Sequence record: EU863409
Source: Escherichia phage JS10
Strand: one strand, 5' to 3'
Length of the DNA stretch: 64,000 bases
Below the pieces are notes generated by a model, which did no database searches, was not told the origin of the DNA, and saw only the letters and a list, made by a program, of their open reading frames with translations. How positions within the stretch are numbered: the stretch's first letter is position 1; each line of letters begins with the position of its first letter. This document shows, one piece after another, positions 26,304 to 34,461 of this stretch. The translations under genes were made by a program, and so were the position numbers.

Positions 26304-26359
26304 TTTTAATCTCCTGTAGTTGATAGGTCTATAGTATCATGCCTACAGGAGAAGTAAAC
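26304..26359 (-). promoter_or_regulatory. PeSL-like promoter-stem-loop cassette (upstream of denV)
   Basis: Same architecture and arms as regB cassette; -35 GTTTAC 26354-26359. Confidence 0.6.
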
Positions 26360-26758
26360 TTATTTGTAAGTTTTCATCCAATTCTTGAACAGAGCTGCAA
26401 CGTCTTTCTCTTTAACGTTCAATTTAACGTCCAGCATTTTGCCACCAGCGGCACGTGTCTGACGAATCTTAGCCGTACCGGTTTCGCCATTCCACTCAAC
26501 ATAATACTGCCCGGTGTTCATAGCGATACCATCGCCATAGTCTTCGTTCTTAGAAGTAGTGAATGCCAACTTCATGGTCTTAGAGACACGGGCCTGCATG
26601 CCTGTCTGCAGAGCGTTACGAACGCGAATAACCTGAGGAGTGGCCTGGGTCAGGTTCTCGTTCAGTTCTTCGGTGAACTCTTCTGATTCAAACATTGCCA
26701 AAAGTTCAGCGGGCGCCGGGATTACAGCTTCGGCGATAAATTCATTGTAAGTTTTCAT
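26360..26758 (-). CDS. internal-protein-like capsid-targeted protein (ipII position)
   Basis: N-terminus MKTYNEFIAE; 132 aa; C-terminus ends WMKTYK-stop, a remnant CTS start. Confidence 0.6.
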   Translation of the reverse strand: MKTYNEFIAEAVIPAPAELLAMFESEEFTEELNENLTQATPQVIRVRNALQTGMQARVSKTMKLAFTTSKNEDYGDGIAMNTGQYYVEWNGETGTAKIRQTRAAGGKMLDVKLNVKEKDVAALFKNWMKTYK

Positions 26759-26799
26759 ATAGGTCCTTTAAAGGTAAATGTGTTTAAGTATAGGCTTTA

Positions 26800-27396
26800 T
26801 TAATTACCACGGGCTGCATTAGCAACGGCGTAAGCGTACTGAATATTAGCGTCTTTAAACGTACCTTTAGAGGTATCTAGCTCTGCCTTAAAGCCGGCTT
26901 TAGTCATAACATCGGCAAATTCTTTACGGAAAGCCATTGTATCAAGACCTTTCCATGCTGATTTATGCTTGGCAAATTCAAGACCAGCGAAGTTGACTGC
27001 TTTAGCCAATTTATTATCAATAGTCCATTTACCTGCTTTAGGCACAAATATCGGACCTTTCTGTTTAGAGAATAGTTTTAAATTCCAGCGACGAAGGTCG
27101 CCGTCGGCTTTAACAAAAGCTGCGTCCAAGTTACTAGCAACAACATCTTGAATATGGCCAAATTTAAGCCCATCAGCTTCAATATTTAGGTCGTTACGCC
27201 AGCGAAGTCCTTCCCAGGCGAAAGCTTTAAAGTCGGAAGCTTTTGTAGCTAAATACCGTTCAATAGGAGCTGTTTTAGCGTCAAAGCCGTTTCCTGGGTT
27301 GTCAACGCCGTTTCCTCGGTAGGTCCACTCATCTTTATTAATGCCTTTGACCTTTCCTGCAGTAGCTTCGGTGATAAATTCTTTATACGTTTTCAT
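26800..27396 (-). CDS. internal-protein-like capsid-targeted protein (ipIII position)
   Basis: N-terminus MKTYKEFITE; 198 aa Lys/Ala-rich. Confidence 0.6.
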   Translation of the reverse strand: MKTYKEFITEATAGKVKGINKDEWTYRGNGVDNPGNGFDAKTAPIERYLATKASDFKAFAWEGLRWRNDLNIEADGLKFGHIQDVVASNLDAAFVKADGDLRRWNLKLFSKQKGPIFVPKAGKWTIDNKLAKAVNFAGLEFAKHKSAWKGLDTMAFRKEFADVMTKAGFKAELDTSKGTFKDANIQYAYAVANAARGN

Positions 27397-27475
27397 ACGG
27401 GTCCTTCAAATGTAAATTTAATTAGTCTGTTCAAGTAACTGTAGATATACTATCACAATTCTAGGAGATGTAAAC
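27397..27475 (-). promoter_or_regulatory. PeSL-like cassette (variant) upstream of internal-protein operon
   Basis: -35 GTTTAC (27470-27475), 17-bp spacer, -10 TAGTAT. Confidence 0.45.
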
Positions 27476-27480
27476 TGCTT

Positions 27481-27969
27481 TTATCTATAAGCAGCCCAAG
27501 TACCTGTTTTAAAGGTGGCGATAACACGCTTGGCACGATTCGGGGTTTGCTTGTACCAACGAGACTGCGCCAGGTTAACTGCCGCATCGTCCCAACGTTT
27601 CTGTTGGAGCATACGTAAAGAGTTAGTGAACCCTGCCACACCTGCTTCACCCATTTGGAAGACCATATTAATCAATGCGCAACGACGAACTTCGTCCAAC
27701 ACATCATAAACCGGTTTCAATTTAGGATTGCGCATTATAGCTCTACGAGCATTTTCCACTGAACGATTAAAGAGTTGTTCAGCTTCAGCCATAGTAATAC
27801 GACCATTACAAACTCGACCCATAAGCTTATCAAGTTCAGCGCGAGCAACATCTTTAGATGGGTTCTTGGTAACTAACTGGCCAATACCAATAGTCCAATA
27901 ACCTTCGGTGTCTTTATAAAGGTTTAAATCAAGACCTTCGTCTTGACGTAACATATCAAAAATATCCAT
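27481..27969 (-). CDS. e: endolysin (T4 lysozyme, gene e)
   Basis: 162 aa; catalytic E11/D20-containing N-terminus [21 protein letters not shown]; matches T4 lysozyme. Confidence 0.92.
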   Translation of the reverse strand: MDIFDMLRQDEGLDLNLYKDTEGYWTIGIGQLVTKNPSKDVARAELDKLMGRVCNGRITMAEAEQLFNRSVENARRAIMRNPKLKPVYDVLDEVRRCALINMVFQMGEAGVAGFTNSLRMLQQKRWDDAAVNLAQSRWYKQTPNRAKRVIATFKTGTWAAYR

Positions 27970-27973
27970 AATT

Positions 27974-27993
27974 ACCTCCTGATTATAGGAGGT
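27974..27993 (-). promoter_or_regulatory. Shine-Dalgarno-sequestering hairpin of gene e
   Basis: Inverted repeat ACCTCCT-GATTAT-AGGAGGT; proximal arm is the AGGAGG SD. Confidence 0.55.
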
Positions 27994-28000
27994 ATTTATA
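27993..28000 (-). promoter_or_regulatory. T4-type late promoter (TATAAATA) for gene e
   Basis: Exact TATAAATA immediately 5' of a CCTCCT-N6-AGGAGG hairpin and the e start codon. Confidence 0.6.
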
Positions 28001-28450
28001 TCAAAAGAGTGAATCTAAAACCTTAAACATCGACGGGCCCATGACATATTCCCATTGCGGACGTTTAATCAAAGCGAAAGCGTCGAATTCCGGAATCGTA
28101 CGACCATCAGGGAACGTATGGTAAGCTGTACATTTGCAATTCTTGAACTGCTCGTGTTCGACAGGCACAGTATATAAGAACAGGTGTAGATTCTTATTGC
28201 TTGAATATTTGAACTCACCTAGGTCTTTCAGGAACGCAGGGTCATATGCTGTGAATCCAATCTCTTCTTCGGTTTCACGCATTGCCGCTTGAATAGGCTC
28301 TTCACCCGGTTCGACATGACCTTTAGGGATGTCCCATTTATGACGCATGTTCTCTGGATTACGAGAGCCTGTTACACGACCCATAACCAATTCTTTATCG
28401 GCGGTCATGAACAAAATACCAGCGGATAATTCTTTCGCTTTCTTACTCAT
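28001..28450 (-). CDS. nudE: Nudix hydrolase NudE
   Basis: Nudix box [22 protein letters not shown]; start at internal ATG 2 nt after upstream stop. Confidence 0.75.
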   Translation of the reverse strand: MSKKAKELSAGILFMTADKELVMGRVTGSRNPENMRHKWDIPKGHVEPGEEPIQAAMRETEEEIGFTAYDPAFLKDLGEFKYSSNKNLHLFLYTVPVEHEQFKNCKCTAYHTFPDGRTIPEFDAFALIKRPQWEYVMGPSMFKVLDSLF

Positions 28451-28679
28451 CGTCTCGTTCCCATGATTGTTTAAAGATATCTCGTATAATAATTTCAACA
28501 CACGTTTCTGTTGACGGACTTTCACTATCAGACACTTGAATCATATAATCAGAAATAGGTCGGAACATATCCAAGTCGCTTTCTAAATCTTCTTTGATTT
28601 TCTCTTCTGATGTTCCTGTGTCATAGGAATACAGATAAGAATCGCATGACTCGGATTTAATATAAATCGCAATACTCAT
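28443..28679 (-). CDS. hypothetical acidic protein
   Basis: 78-aa ORF; ATGA overlap. Confidence 0.45.
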   Translation of the reverse strand: MSIAIYIKSESCDSYLYSYDTGTSEEKIKEDLESDLDMFRPISDYMIQVSDSESPSTETCVEIIIRDIFKQSWERDDE

Positions 28680-29263
28680 TTACGGCATTCCTCAATAAAA
28701 GAATTTAATGTATTTTTCTTAGTGATATCGTCATACACCTTTTTAACTTTAGAAATACGAAAAGGTACTTCAATAACTGCAGTCCATAAAAATGATGCGA
28801 TAAGTCCTAAGATGGCCGCAGACATCGCTGAAGCGAATACACTAATGGGTAAGTCATTATCTGTTGTCAGGAAAAACCCTAGGAGTGGGAAAAATAATAT
28901 CCCCATCCAAACATAGAACCTAGAACTCACTAATTTGTCGTATTCATCACTCCATGTACGGAAGCCGTATTTTTTACTATAACAAATCAATGGGTCTGGT
29001 GTCTGTTCTTTATGGGGTTCTGGTTGCCAACCATTTACGATATAGCCCATTTTATATTCCTCAATTAAAAGTTGTTTCATTTCAGCAGTACAACCCGACC
29101 AATCTATTGTACTGGCTGAAATTCCTTCATCACCATCATCAATATTTCGCCAGGACTTTTTAATAATCATATTCTCACCACTTGGGATAATGATTCCGGC
29201 ATTTTCTGACCGACGGATGAAGTTTACATCAACACCCATGCAACCAGGTTCATAAAGGGCCAT
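28676..29263 (-). CDS. membrane protein with C-terminal FIEEC module
   Basis: 195 aa, two hydrophobic helices, ends NTLNSFIEECRK. Confidence 0.5.
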   Translation of the reverse strand: MALYEPGCMGVDVNFIRRSENAGIIIPSGENMIIKKSWRNIDDGDEGISASTIDWSGCTAEMKQLLIEEYKMGYIVNGWQPEPHKEQTPDPLICYSKKYGFRTWSDEYDKLVSSRFYVWMGILFFPLLGFFLTTDNDLPISVFASAMSAAILGLIASFLWTAVIEVPFRISKVKKVYDDITKKNTLNSFIEECRK

Positions 29264-29949
29264 TACCAGCCCTCCATAGGAAATTCCAGATATACTTGAG
29301 CATTAACACGGATTTCATTAGTAATCTTTTTAACACGGTCAGTATTACGAGAGACACGACCAAACCAGCGCCAACCGTTACTTACCGCACGAGAACCCGT
29401 ATGCCATGTCTGCCAATCAAACTGGAGCAATGTGCGGTCAGGAGCATCCCACTTGGTTAATTCATTGGACTCAATTTTTTCCAGAACTTCTTTATGCCAC
29501 TGGCGATAGATAAGTTCGCCTTCAGGAATCTGACTAAATTGCGCAGTTCCGGTTGCAAAATAAGTAGGACACACATCAGCGTTAACAAGACCAAGAATAT
29601 GTTCAGAATGGTATCGAGGATTATCATAATCAGGTTGGCCTGCGGTAATAAAGTGTTGACCCACCGGAATATCCGGACGTGGTACATCATCATGGTGATA
29701 ACCTGGGATAGCAGGATACCAACCAGGCATAAGCATATGAACTCGGGAATCAAATACAACCTGGTCGGTGTTCCACTCATCTGGCAGGTTCATAATGAAG
29801 CTGCGAGTAATAGGGCCACCATTATCAAAAGCGAAAGCCAATGAGCTGTTGAAGAACATAGTTTCGTTTTTGATTTTATCGTTAGAAATTTTACCGGCAA
29901 AACTACCCACTGCACGAGCTTGAGAATTAAAAGTTTTCGGGCTGTTCAT
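29263..29949 (-). CDS. hypothetical protein (228 aa)
   Basis: His/Trp-rich ORF, function not recognisable. Confidence 0.55.
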   Translation of the reverse strand: MNSPKTFNSQARAVGSFAGKISNDKIKNETMFFNSSLAFAFDNGGPITRSFIMNLPDEWNTDQVVFDSRVHMLMPGWYPAIPGYHHDDVPRPDIPVGQHFITAGQPDYDNPRYHSEHILGLVNADVCPTYFATGTAQFSQIPEGELIYRQWHKEVLEKIESNELTKWDAPDRTLLQFDWQTWHTGSRAVSNGWRWFGRVSRNTDRVKKITNEIRVNAQVYLEFPMEGW

Positions 29950-29963
29950 AATATTTTCCTCAA

Positions 29964-30176
29964 TTACTTTTTGTTGAAAAAGTACATTTTACCTTTAGGG
30001 GATAAGGATACACGAAGTGCGTTACCGATACCAACTGAACATTTAACCAGGTCAGCAGATTTCAATTCACCAAATGCTTGACGAAGGTCACCGTCACGAG
30101 TGTTAACCATCAGACATTTAGCACCAGCTGCACGAACTTCATTTAACATGTTGATTGCTTGGTTAGAAAGTTTCAT
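29964..30176 (-). CDS. hypothetical protein (70 aa)
   Basis: Start at ATG with GGAGAATAAA SD directly after PeSL-like cassette. Confidence 0.45.
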   Translation of the reverse strand: MKLSNQAINMLNEVRAAGAKCLMVNTRDGDLRQAFGELKSADLVKCSVGIGNALRVSLSPKGKMYFFNKK

Positions 30177-30242
30177 TTTATTCTCCATTTCACTCTGTTG
30201 TTTTGATAGGTCTATAGTATCACACCTATAGACCTTGTATAC
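30177..30242 (-). promoter_or_regulatory. PeSL-like promoter-stem-loop cassette (type with core-derived stem)
   Basis: -35 GTATAC, -10 TACTAT; perfect 10-bp stem AGGTCTATAG / CTATAGACCT (30208-30217 / 30226-30235). Confidence 0.55.
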
Positions 30243-30254
30243 TGTTTTATGCAA

Positions 30255-31214
30255 TTATTTTTCGAAAGGACGAATTAAATGTTGGTTAGCCTTGAAACGA
30301 TTAACATAGTCTTCGCGACCCAGGGTGTTATACATATTAACCACAGCTTGGTAGTTTTCCCAGGCATACTCACGGAACCATCCAGAAGTAATGGAGGTAC
30401 AGACTTTTTCCAGAGCAACATGGAAGCTCACGGATGGAGAGATATTGAACTCATTAGGAACCTGCGAACGCTCTAGAGCAAGTACACATGCTTCTTCATA
30501 TACGCCAGCCAGTTTAATAGCTTCAGGCAAAGCTTCAAACTTCTCACGTGAGGTCATGACTTCAGAACCATCTTTCATATAAAAGGTATACGCTGGGCGT
30601 CCAGCCAATGCCACAGCTTCATGGATAGAGTCATGGTCTAATGTATAAATGGTATCATTAAAGAACGATGATTTGTTTACATCCAATTTAGGATGAGAAT
30701 AGCTCAACGTTTCTTTCTGGCGTTGCAGCATGATTTCTTGGAGCTCTTCATTCAAGGTTACACCTTTATTACGAAGATATTTGATGTGGGACATCGTCTT
30801 CAAAAAGAACGGGTTGTTCTTCAAATAACGATGGCTCATTTTGATAGCCAGACAGATATCAGGCGTGGCCCAATAGAAACCAGTAAGACGATCCTTTTTA
30901 ATATGATTTTCAGCATATTTCAGGAGACGATAACTTGAGGTGAAATCTTCGTCCTGAAGCTCACCGGTAATTTCTCGTACGTTAGTCAGAGCACGGACAA
31001 TATAAGCTTCAAAATAGGTTTCTTTACCATTGTACATACATTTAAAGGCCTGGACATCTGGATTATCCACAGGGACATGGGCGCCGAACATCCGGGCTTT
31101 AAATTGATTCCATGAGCCTTGGTCGGCAATAAAATCCCAATCAGAATTTTCAATATACTTACTTTCAATCAGACCAGCGTGGTGCAGTGCACGAGAACCA
31201 ATAACTAGCATCAT
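30255..31214 (-). CDS. hypothetical protein (319 aa), possible nucleotidyltransferase-like N-terminus
   Basis: N-terminal IGSRAL...SDWDF weakly resembles a G-S...D-x-D fold motif; otherwise unassigned. Confidence 0.5.
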   Translation of the reverse strand: MMLVIGSRALHHAGLIESKYIENSDWDFIADQGSWNQFKARMFGAHVPVDNPDVQAFKCMYNGKETYFEAYIVRALTNVREITGELQDEDFTSSYRLLKYAENHIKKDRLTGFYWATPDICLAIKMSHRYLKNNPFFLKTMSHIKYLRNKGVTLNEELQEIMLQRQKETLSYSHPKLDVNKSSFFNDTIYTLDHDSIHEAVALAGRPAYTFYMKDGSEVMTSREKFEALPEAIKLAGVYEEACVLALERSQVPNEFNISPSVSFHVALEKVCTSITSGWFREYAWENYQAVVNMYNTLGREDYVNRFKANQHLIRPFEK

Positions 31215-31241
31215 AATATTTTCCTCATTAATAAAGACGAG

Positions 31242-31394
31242 TTACTTCATATTTACCCAGTTCAGATTTTTTGCTTCAATACGCGTTGCGGCTAGATTAG
31301 CAGCCTCTAGTGAAGAAAATTGAACCACTTGGGAAGTATTCTGCCTTACGCCACCTTGTGGGTGAGTAACAAAAACAATAAGAACATTATACAT
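31242..31394 (-). CDS. hypothetical small protein (50 aa)
   Basis: Unlisted ORF MYNVLIVFVTHPQGG...; GAGGAAAA SD; shares 16-nt initiation region with gene 30255..31214. Confidence 0.35.
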   Translation of the reverse strand: MYNVLIVFVTHPQGGVRQNTSQVVQFSSLEAANLAATRIEAKNLNWVNMK

Positions 31395-31415
31395 AATATT
31401 TTCCTCAGAGTAAAC

Positions 31416-31664
31416 TTAAATTTCAGCAACGTAATCGTTATGCAATTCCCACATATTATCAGAATTATTCTTAACGATAGGAATTATCTCATTAGAGATT
31501 TCTTCTGCATAAGGGTCATTGATACAGTGAGCATCTTCAAAACGAACACCGTAATCAGACTTCTTATAGGCAAAGCCATAAATCTTTTTAAACTTAGCAC
31601 GACTAATTCGTACCGGCTCATCAGACTTATCAGACTTATCAGACAGCGGAGAGTAATACCACAT
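31416..31664 (-). CDS. hypothetical protein
   Basis: 82 aa with SDKSDKSD from a 9-bp tandem repeat; GAGGAG SD. Confidence 0.45.
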   Translation of the reverse strand: MWYYSPLSDKSDKSDEPVRISRAKFKKIYGFAYKKSDYGVRFEDAHCINDPYAEEISNEIIPIVKNNSDNMWELHNDYVAEI

Positions 31665-31708
31665 AATGTTCTCCTCATGTTGGTGTACGGTAATAGTAAC
31701 ACGGTTTT

Positions 31709-32038
31709 CTAGAGTTGTACATCACTTCTACAATATTCTAAAAATAATTTATCGTTGTCTACTGTATCCCAACGTCGCCAAGATGGATTCCAGACCAAAG
31801 CGTTGTCACCACAATCATTGAGCTTAAAATGGTCATAGTACATGGCTATGTGTCTAGTCTCGTCACCAGAGAACCCTAGTATAGGCTCGCCGTGGGTATG
31901 ATACATATGGTGATGCATTGAGAGGTCGCATTTATAAAACATCTCACGTTTACCACGAATGAACAAGAAAGCTTGTCCATTCATATAGAATTCTTTATCC
32001 GTTTTCAAAAGGTATTTGAATACTGAATCTTTATGCAT
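31709..32038 (-). CDS. hypothetical His-rich protein
   Basis: Start at ATG with AGGAGG SD; HHHMYHTHGE metal-binding-like stretch. Confidence 0.5.
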   Translation of the reverse strand: MHKDSVFKYLLKTDKEFYMNGQAFLFIRGKREMFYKCDLSMHHHMYHTHGEPILGFSGDETRHIAMYYDHFKLNDCGDNALVWNPSWRRWDTVDNDKLFLEYCRSDVQL

Positions 32039-32068
32039 AAGTCCTCCTACCACATCCGTGTGGTTAAA

Positions 32069-32296
32069 TTATTTTCCTAACGAAATACGAGTAGGTTTTT
32101 TGCCAAAGTATTCTTCATAAGAACCATCTAAACGACCTGCTTTAGACCGACAATATGAATCATACTTTTTGTAATAGGTCATCTCAGTATTATAACGTGG
32201 ATGTCTATCAGCCATAATAATACTTAATGGCCAACCTTTGGCATACTCGCGAAGACCGTTTATTTTACGAATGTATCTTTTCTTTAATTTTAGCAT
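32069..32296 (-). CDS. hypothetical basic protein
   Basis: 75-aa Arg/Lys/Tyr-rich ORF. Confidence 0.45.
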   Translation of the reverse strand: MLKLKKRYIRKINGLREYAKGWPLSIIMADRHPRYNTEMTYYKKYDSYCRSKAGRLDGSYEEYFGKKPTRISLGK

Positions 32297-32514
32297 GAGC
32301 TCGGGTACCAGATTTTACCATCGGAACGAGCAACGAAGGTGCGACCAGCTTCTTCGCCGTAACAAGAGCTATTCAGCCAATCTTCAAGACGAACTTCACC
32401 ATCGTAATCGTCTAACTCAACACCAAAACTTTGAGCAGAAGCCATATCTTTTACTTTCTTATACAATGCAGCCAGTTCAAGAGCAGCTTTTTCTAATTCA
32501 TTAATATCAGTCAT
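32290..32514 (-). CDS. small acidic protein, W-x-S-S-C C-terminal family (copy 5)
   Basis: 74 aa ending WYPSSC; last of five tandem paralogs. Confidence 0.5.
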   Translation of the reverse strand: MTDINELEKAALELAALYKKVKDMASAQSFGVELDDYDGEVRLEDWLNSSCYGEEAGRTFVARSDGKIWYPSSC

Positions 32515-32526
32515 TTTTTTTATTCC

Positions 32527-32736
32527 TTAGCAAGACATAGAGGAGCTAAACCAGAAACCTTCACCATCTGGGATACCGTAATCATCACGGACCCATTCGT
32601 AATCATCATATTCCGGACTAGAAGCCGGAATATATTCTTCGCCACCAGCGTGGAAGTGCTGACCTGTTTCGTCAGCCACGGACTGGCCTTTACGTACTAA
32701 TTCACGGATTTGTTTTTCAATTTCATCAATAGTCAT
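32527..32736 (-). CDS. small acidic protein, W-x-S-S-S-x-x-C family (copy 4)
   Basis: 69 aa ending WFSSSMSC. Confidence 0.5.
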   Translation of the reverse strand: MTIDEIEKQIRELVRKGQSVADETGQHFHAGGEEYIPASSPEYDDYEWVRDDYGIPDGEGFWFSSSMSC

Positions 32737-32745
32737 TTTATTACC

Positions 32746-32943
32746 TTAGCATTCGTAAGAGGAGGACACCCAAGAGGTACCACTAATAGTAATACAACCG
32801 TTATAAAGCGTGATATGTCGTTCTAGGTCACGGACACCATCAATATAGATATCAGCTTCTTCGCGTTCTTCTTTACAAATTTGAATAACGTTTTCAATTG
32901 CTGCAGCGGCAGTTCGGATTGCACAATCTAATTCACGAGACAT
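32746..32943 (-). CDS. small acidic protein, W-x-S-S-S-x-x-C family (copy 3)
   Basis: 65 aa ending WVSSSYEC. Confidence 0.5.
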   Translation of the reverse strand: MSRELDCAIRTAAAAIENVIQICKEEREEADIYIDGVRDLERHITLYNGCITISGTSWVSSSYEC

Positions 32944-32952
32944 AATATTTCC

Positions 32953-33234
32953 TTAACATTCAGAAGAAGAGGACACCCAACCACCATTTTCCAGGTCAGT
33001 TGTATAGTCATGAGTATTAACAATAGCCCATTCAGGATGACCATCTTCTTCCCAATGGGCAAGGTCAGCTTTCAAGGCACCAGGAGAATAATAGTCACCG
33101 CCCATACCGCGAGCAGGGTATATATTAAAATGAGTCTCATATTTGTCTGCAATTTCCTCGGCACGACGAATAGCTTCATGAATTTCTTTTACTGCGGCCA
33201 GAAGCTCTGGGTTGTTATGATTATCATTCATCAT
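32953..33234 (-). CDS. small acidic protein, W-x-S-S-S-x-x-C family (copy 2)
   Basis: 93 aa ending WVSSSSEC; shares IADKY...GGDYY block with copy 1. Confidence 0.5.
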   Translation of the reverse strand: MMNDNHNNPELLAAVKEIHEAIRRAEEIADKYETHFNIYPARGMGGDYYSPGALKADLAHWEEDGHPEWAIVNTHDYTTDLENGGWVSSSSEC

Positions 33235-33243
33235 AGCTTTTCC

Positions 33244-33534
33244 TTAGCACATTGCCGAAGAGGAGACCCAGGCACCAACTGTAACGACACCGTTTTCAAC
33301 TTCACCGCCATTGTTTTCAATTTCATCTTTAAACCACTGGGAGCATTCATAACCAACAGGGTAGTATGTACGTCCTGAGCCATAATCACCTGTTCCGAAT
33401 TGAATACCATACTTATCGGCAATAGCTTCACATTTGTGTTCGATGGTATCCACTTTATTCAGAAGAGCATAGATAGCCTTTTCTGCAGATTTCTCGTCGT
33501 TGTATTCAGGGATTTCAATTTCAATTTTATTCAT
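33244..33534 (-). CDS. small acidic protein, W-x-S-S-S-x-x-C family (copy 1)
   Basis: 96 aa ending WVSSSAMC; ATGA overlap with upstream membrane protein gene. Confidence 0.5.
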   Translation of the reverse strand: MNKIEIEIPEYNDEKSAEKAIYALLNKVDTIEHKCEAIADKYGIQFGTGDYGSGRTYYPVGYECSQWFKDEIENNGGEVENGVVTVGAWVSSSAMC

Positions 33535-33884
33535 GATTTACATTCCTTAATAAAGGTTTCAAGGTCATTACGGTTGGTTTGTTTTACATACTCATTATAA
33601 TTAGCCATCTCTAAAGCATATCTCTTACGGATGGGGGCATTCAAAGCATTTGTATGGCAAATATCATACACGAGAGGGATAAAATAAGCCACGACAGCCG
33701 GAGCGATTATCATATAGAAACCCATCTCAATAGGCATGACTCCTTCGATTGCAGCCATAACTGTGGTCATTACCAGACCAACCAGACCGCCGAGCATACC
33801 GGTGACAATTCCCATAAATAAGGAAATAGCAATATCATATTCAGCCAATTGATAAACATGTGATGAAAGACTAGGCCGCTCCAT
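33531..33884 (-). CDS. membrane protein with C-terminal FIKEC module
   Basis: 117 aa from internal ATG with AAGAGG SD; two hydrophobic helices; ends NDLETFIKECKS. Confidence 0.5.
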   Translation of the reverse strand: MERPSLSSHVYQLAEYDIAISLFMGIVTGMLGGLVGLVMTTVMAAIEGVMPIEMGFYMIIAPAVVAYFIPLVYDICHTNALNAPIRKRYALEMANYNEYVKQTNRNDLETFIKECKS

Positions 33885-34413
33885 TTTGAACCTCTTTAGC
33901 GTATTCACGGCATTCTTTAATAAAACGATTAAGTTTACGTTGCTGTTTACGACTCTCTGATGTGTATTCGTTGGCTAAAATAATAAGCTCATCTTTATCG
34001 TAGTTTTTGATATCCGAATAACTCGGACGGCGGTCGACCATACCAAATACATCCCCATTTTCTAGTGCCACATAACATACTAAATGATAATCATCATCTG
34101 CAACATTAATATGTACACAGTCAGTACTCTCGTTTAAAGAATATACTGAATATCTCACTCCAGCGAATTTAGCACTCTGTATACCCAATCCAAGGTCAAT
34201 AATTTCTAAAGCTTCTGCAAAAGAAAGGTCTTCAGCTAAAGCAAAGATAAAGGGTAATTTGGTAGTATATCCACGTCTACTTGTTCGACTTAAGAAATCA
34301 TTGGAATAACCTAGGTCTTGGCGAATTCTATAAAGAACAGTATTAGTTTCATGGGAAAGACCACTATGTTTAAACCAGTCTACATTTGATATAAGGTCGG
34401 TATATAAGCTCAT
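33871..34413 (-). CDS. hypothetical protein with FIKEC module
   Basis: 180 aa; ...RKLNRFIKECREYAKEVQNGAA at C-terminus. Confidence 0.5.
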   Translation of the reverse strand: MSLYTDLISNVDWFKHSGLSHETNTVLYRIRQDLGYSNDFLSRTSRRGYTTKLPFIFALAEDLSFAEALEIIDLGLGIQSAKFAGVRYSVYSLNESTDCVHINVADDDYHLVCYVALENGDVFGMVDRRPSYSDIKNYDKDELIILANEYTSESRKQQRKLNRFIKECREYAKEVQNGAA

Positions 34414-34461
34414 AATATTCTCCTCTCCTCCAAATAGGGAGACCGAAGTCTCCCGGTAACA

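Noticed and set aside
32290-33534. C-terminal Cys of the five paralogs as a prenylation (CaaX) or lipobox signal
   Set aside because: Cys is the last or near-last residue with no aliphatic-aliphatic-X tail, and there is no N-terminal signal peptide; neither bacterial lipobox nor CaaX geometry fits.
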